From: Tubiluchus corallicola
Lineage: Eukaryota > Animalia > Priapulida
Reading direction: 5' to 3'
NCBI GenBank assembly: GCA_030141605.1
Contig: JAQGDQ010000590.1
Coordinates: 1 to 64,000, forward strand
Length of the DNA stretch: 64,000 bases
The first letter of the stretch is position 1. Each line of letters starts with the position of its first letter. The position numbers and the translations under genes are program-made. Below are positions 63,470 to 64,000 of this stretch, piece after piece. Below the pieces are notes generated by a model. The model made no database searches. It was not told where the DNA came from and worked only from the letters and a program-made list of their open reading frames with translations.

Positions 63470-63892
63470 TTTCCACCATTTGAGGAGTAGTAAGCAAAGA
63501 CTATGTAGAATGTTTGCACATTATTGTCATCATTTCTGGAGCAATAAGCAAAGACTATGTAAAATGTTTGCACATTATTGTCATCATTTCTGGAACAGAA
63601 AGGCAAAGATAAGGTAGAATGTTTACACATTATTGTCATCATTTCTGGAGGAGAAATCGAAGACTAGGTAGAATGTTAGTGCATTATTATCATCATTTCA
63701 GGGGGAGAAAGCAAAGACTAGGTAGAATGTTTAAGCATTATTGTCATCATTTCAGGAGCAGGAAGCAAAGAATAGGTAGAATGTTTGTACGTTGTCGTCA
63801 TCATTTCAGGAGGAGAAAGCAAAGACTAGGTAGAATGTTTGTGCATTATTGTCATCATTTCAGGAGGGGAAAGCAAAGGCTAGGTAGAATAG
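63470..63892. repeat. About 54-bp tandem repeat (aagcaaagactaggtagaatgtttgcacattattgtcatcatttcaggagg)
   Basis: About 7-8 degenerate units. Confidence 0.9.
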
Positions 63893-64000
63893 TTTTGTAC
63901 TACATTTCAGCTTGCAGTGAAGTGGATTACATAAAAAAATAATATAAGAGCAGTTTTCCCGACAAAAGCATTTGTAACATCGCTGATAAATCTGCCATTT

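Noticed and set aside
63619-63942. 107-aa Arg/His-rich ORF
   Set aside because: Translation of a 54-bp tandem repeat with no other coding support.

Overview
AT-rich, intron-rich animal (invertebrate-type) genomic DNA; the taxon cannot be fixed from sequence alone. Genes reconstructed by hand from splice sites: (1) the 3' half of a divergent K+-dependent Na+/Ca2+ exchanger-like gene (SLC24/NCKX, + strand, 7 exons, 5996-12764), three exons of which are mirrored in a >=2.2 kb near-perfect inverted duplication (1-2225 vs 5554-7772); (2) a ZNF532/592/687-family C2H2 zinc-finger gene (- strand, 18162-23758) interrupted by a frameshifted 33-bp minisatellite whose two ends coincide with an in-frame GT-AG pair; (3) ANAPC11 (84 aa, two exons, missed by the ORF track), head-to-head with the ZNF gene; (4) an intronless DUSP22/15-like phosphatase; (5) an unrecognised small single-pass membrane protein with glycine zipper, juxtamembrane Cys-Cys and tyrosine motifs (+ strand, 58884 to about 62494). 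The rest is non-autonomous DNA transposons (TTAA/Kolobok-like, hAT-like with 8-bp TSDs, Tc1/mariner/pogo-like), tRNA-derived SINEs, RTE-like 5' fragments and many mini/microsatellites. Most long ORFs in the track over repeats are spurious. No CRISPR array, rRNA or intact tRNA was seen.
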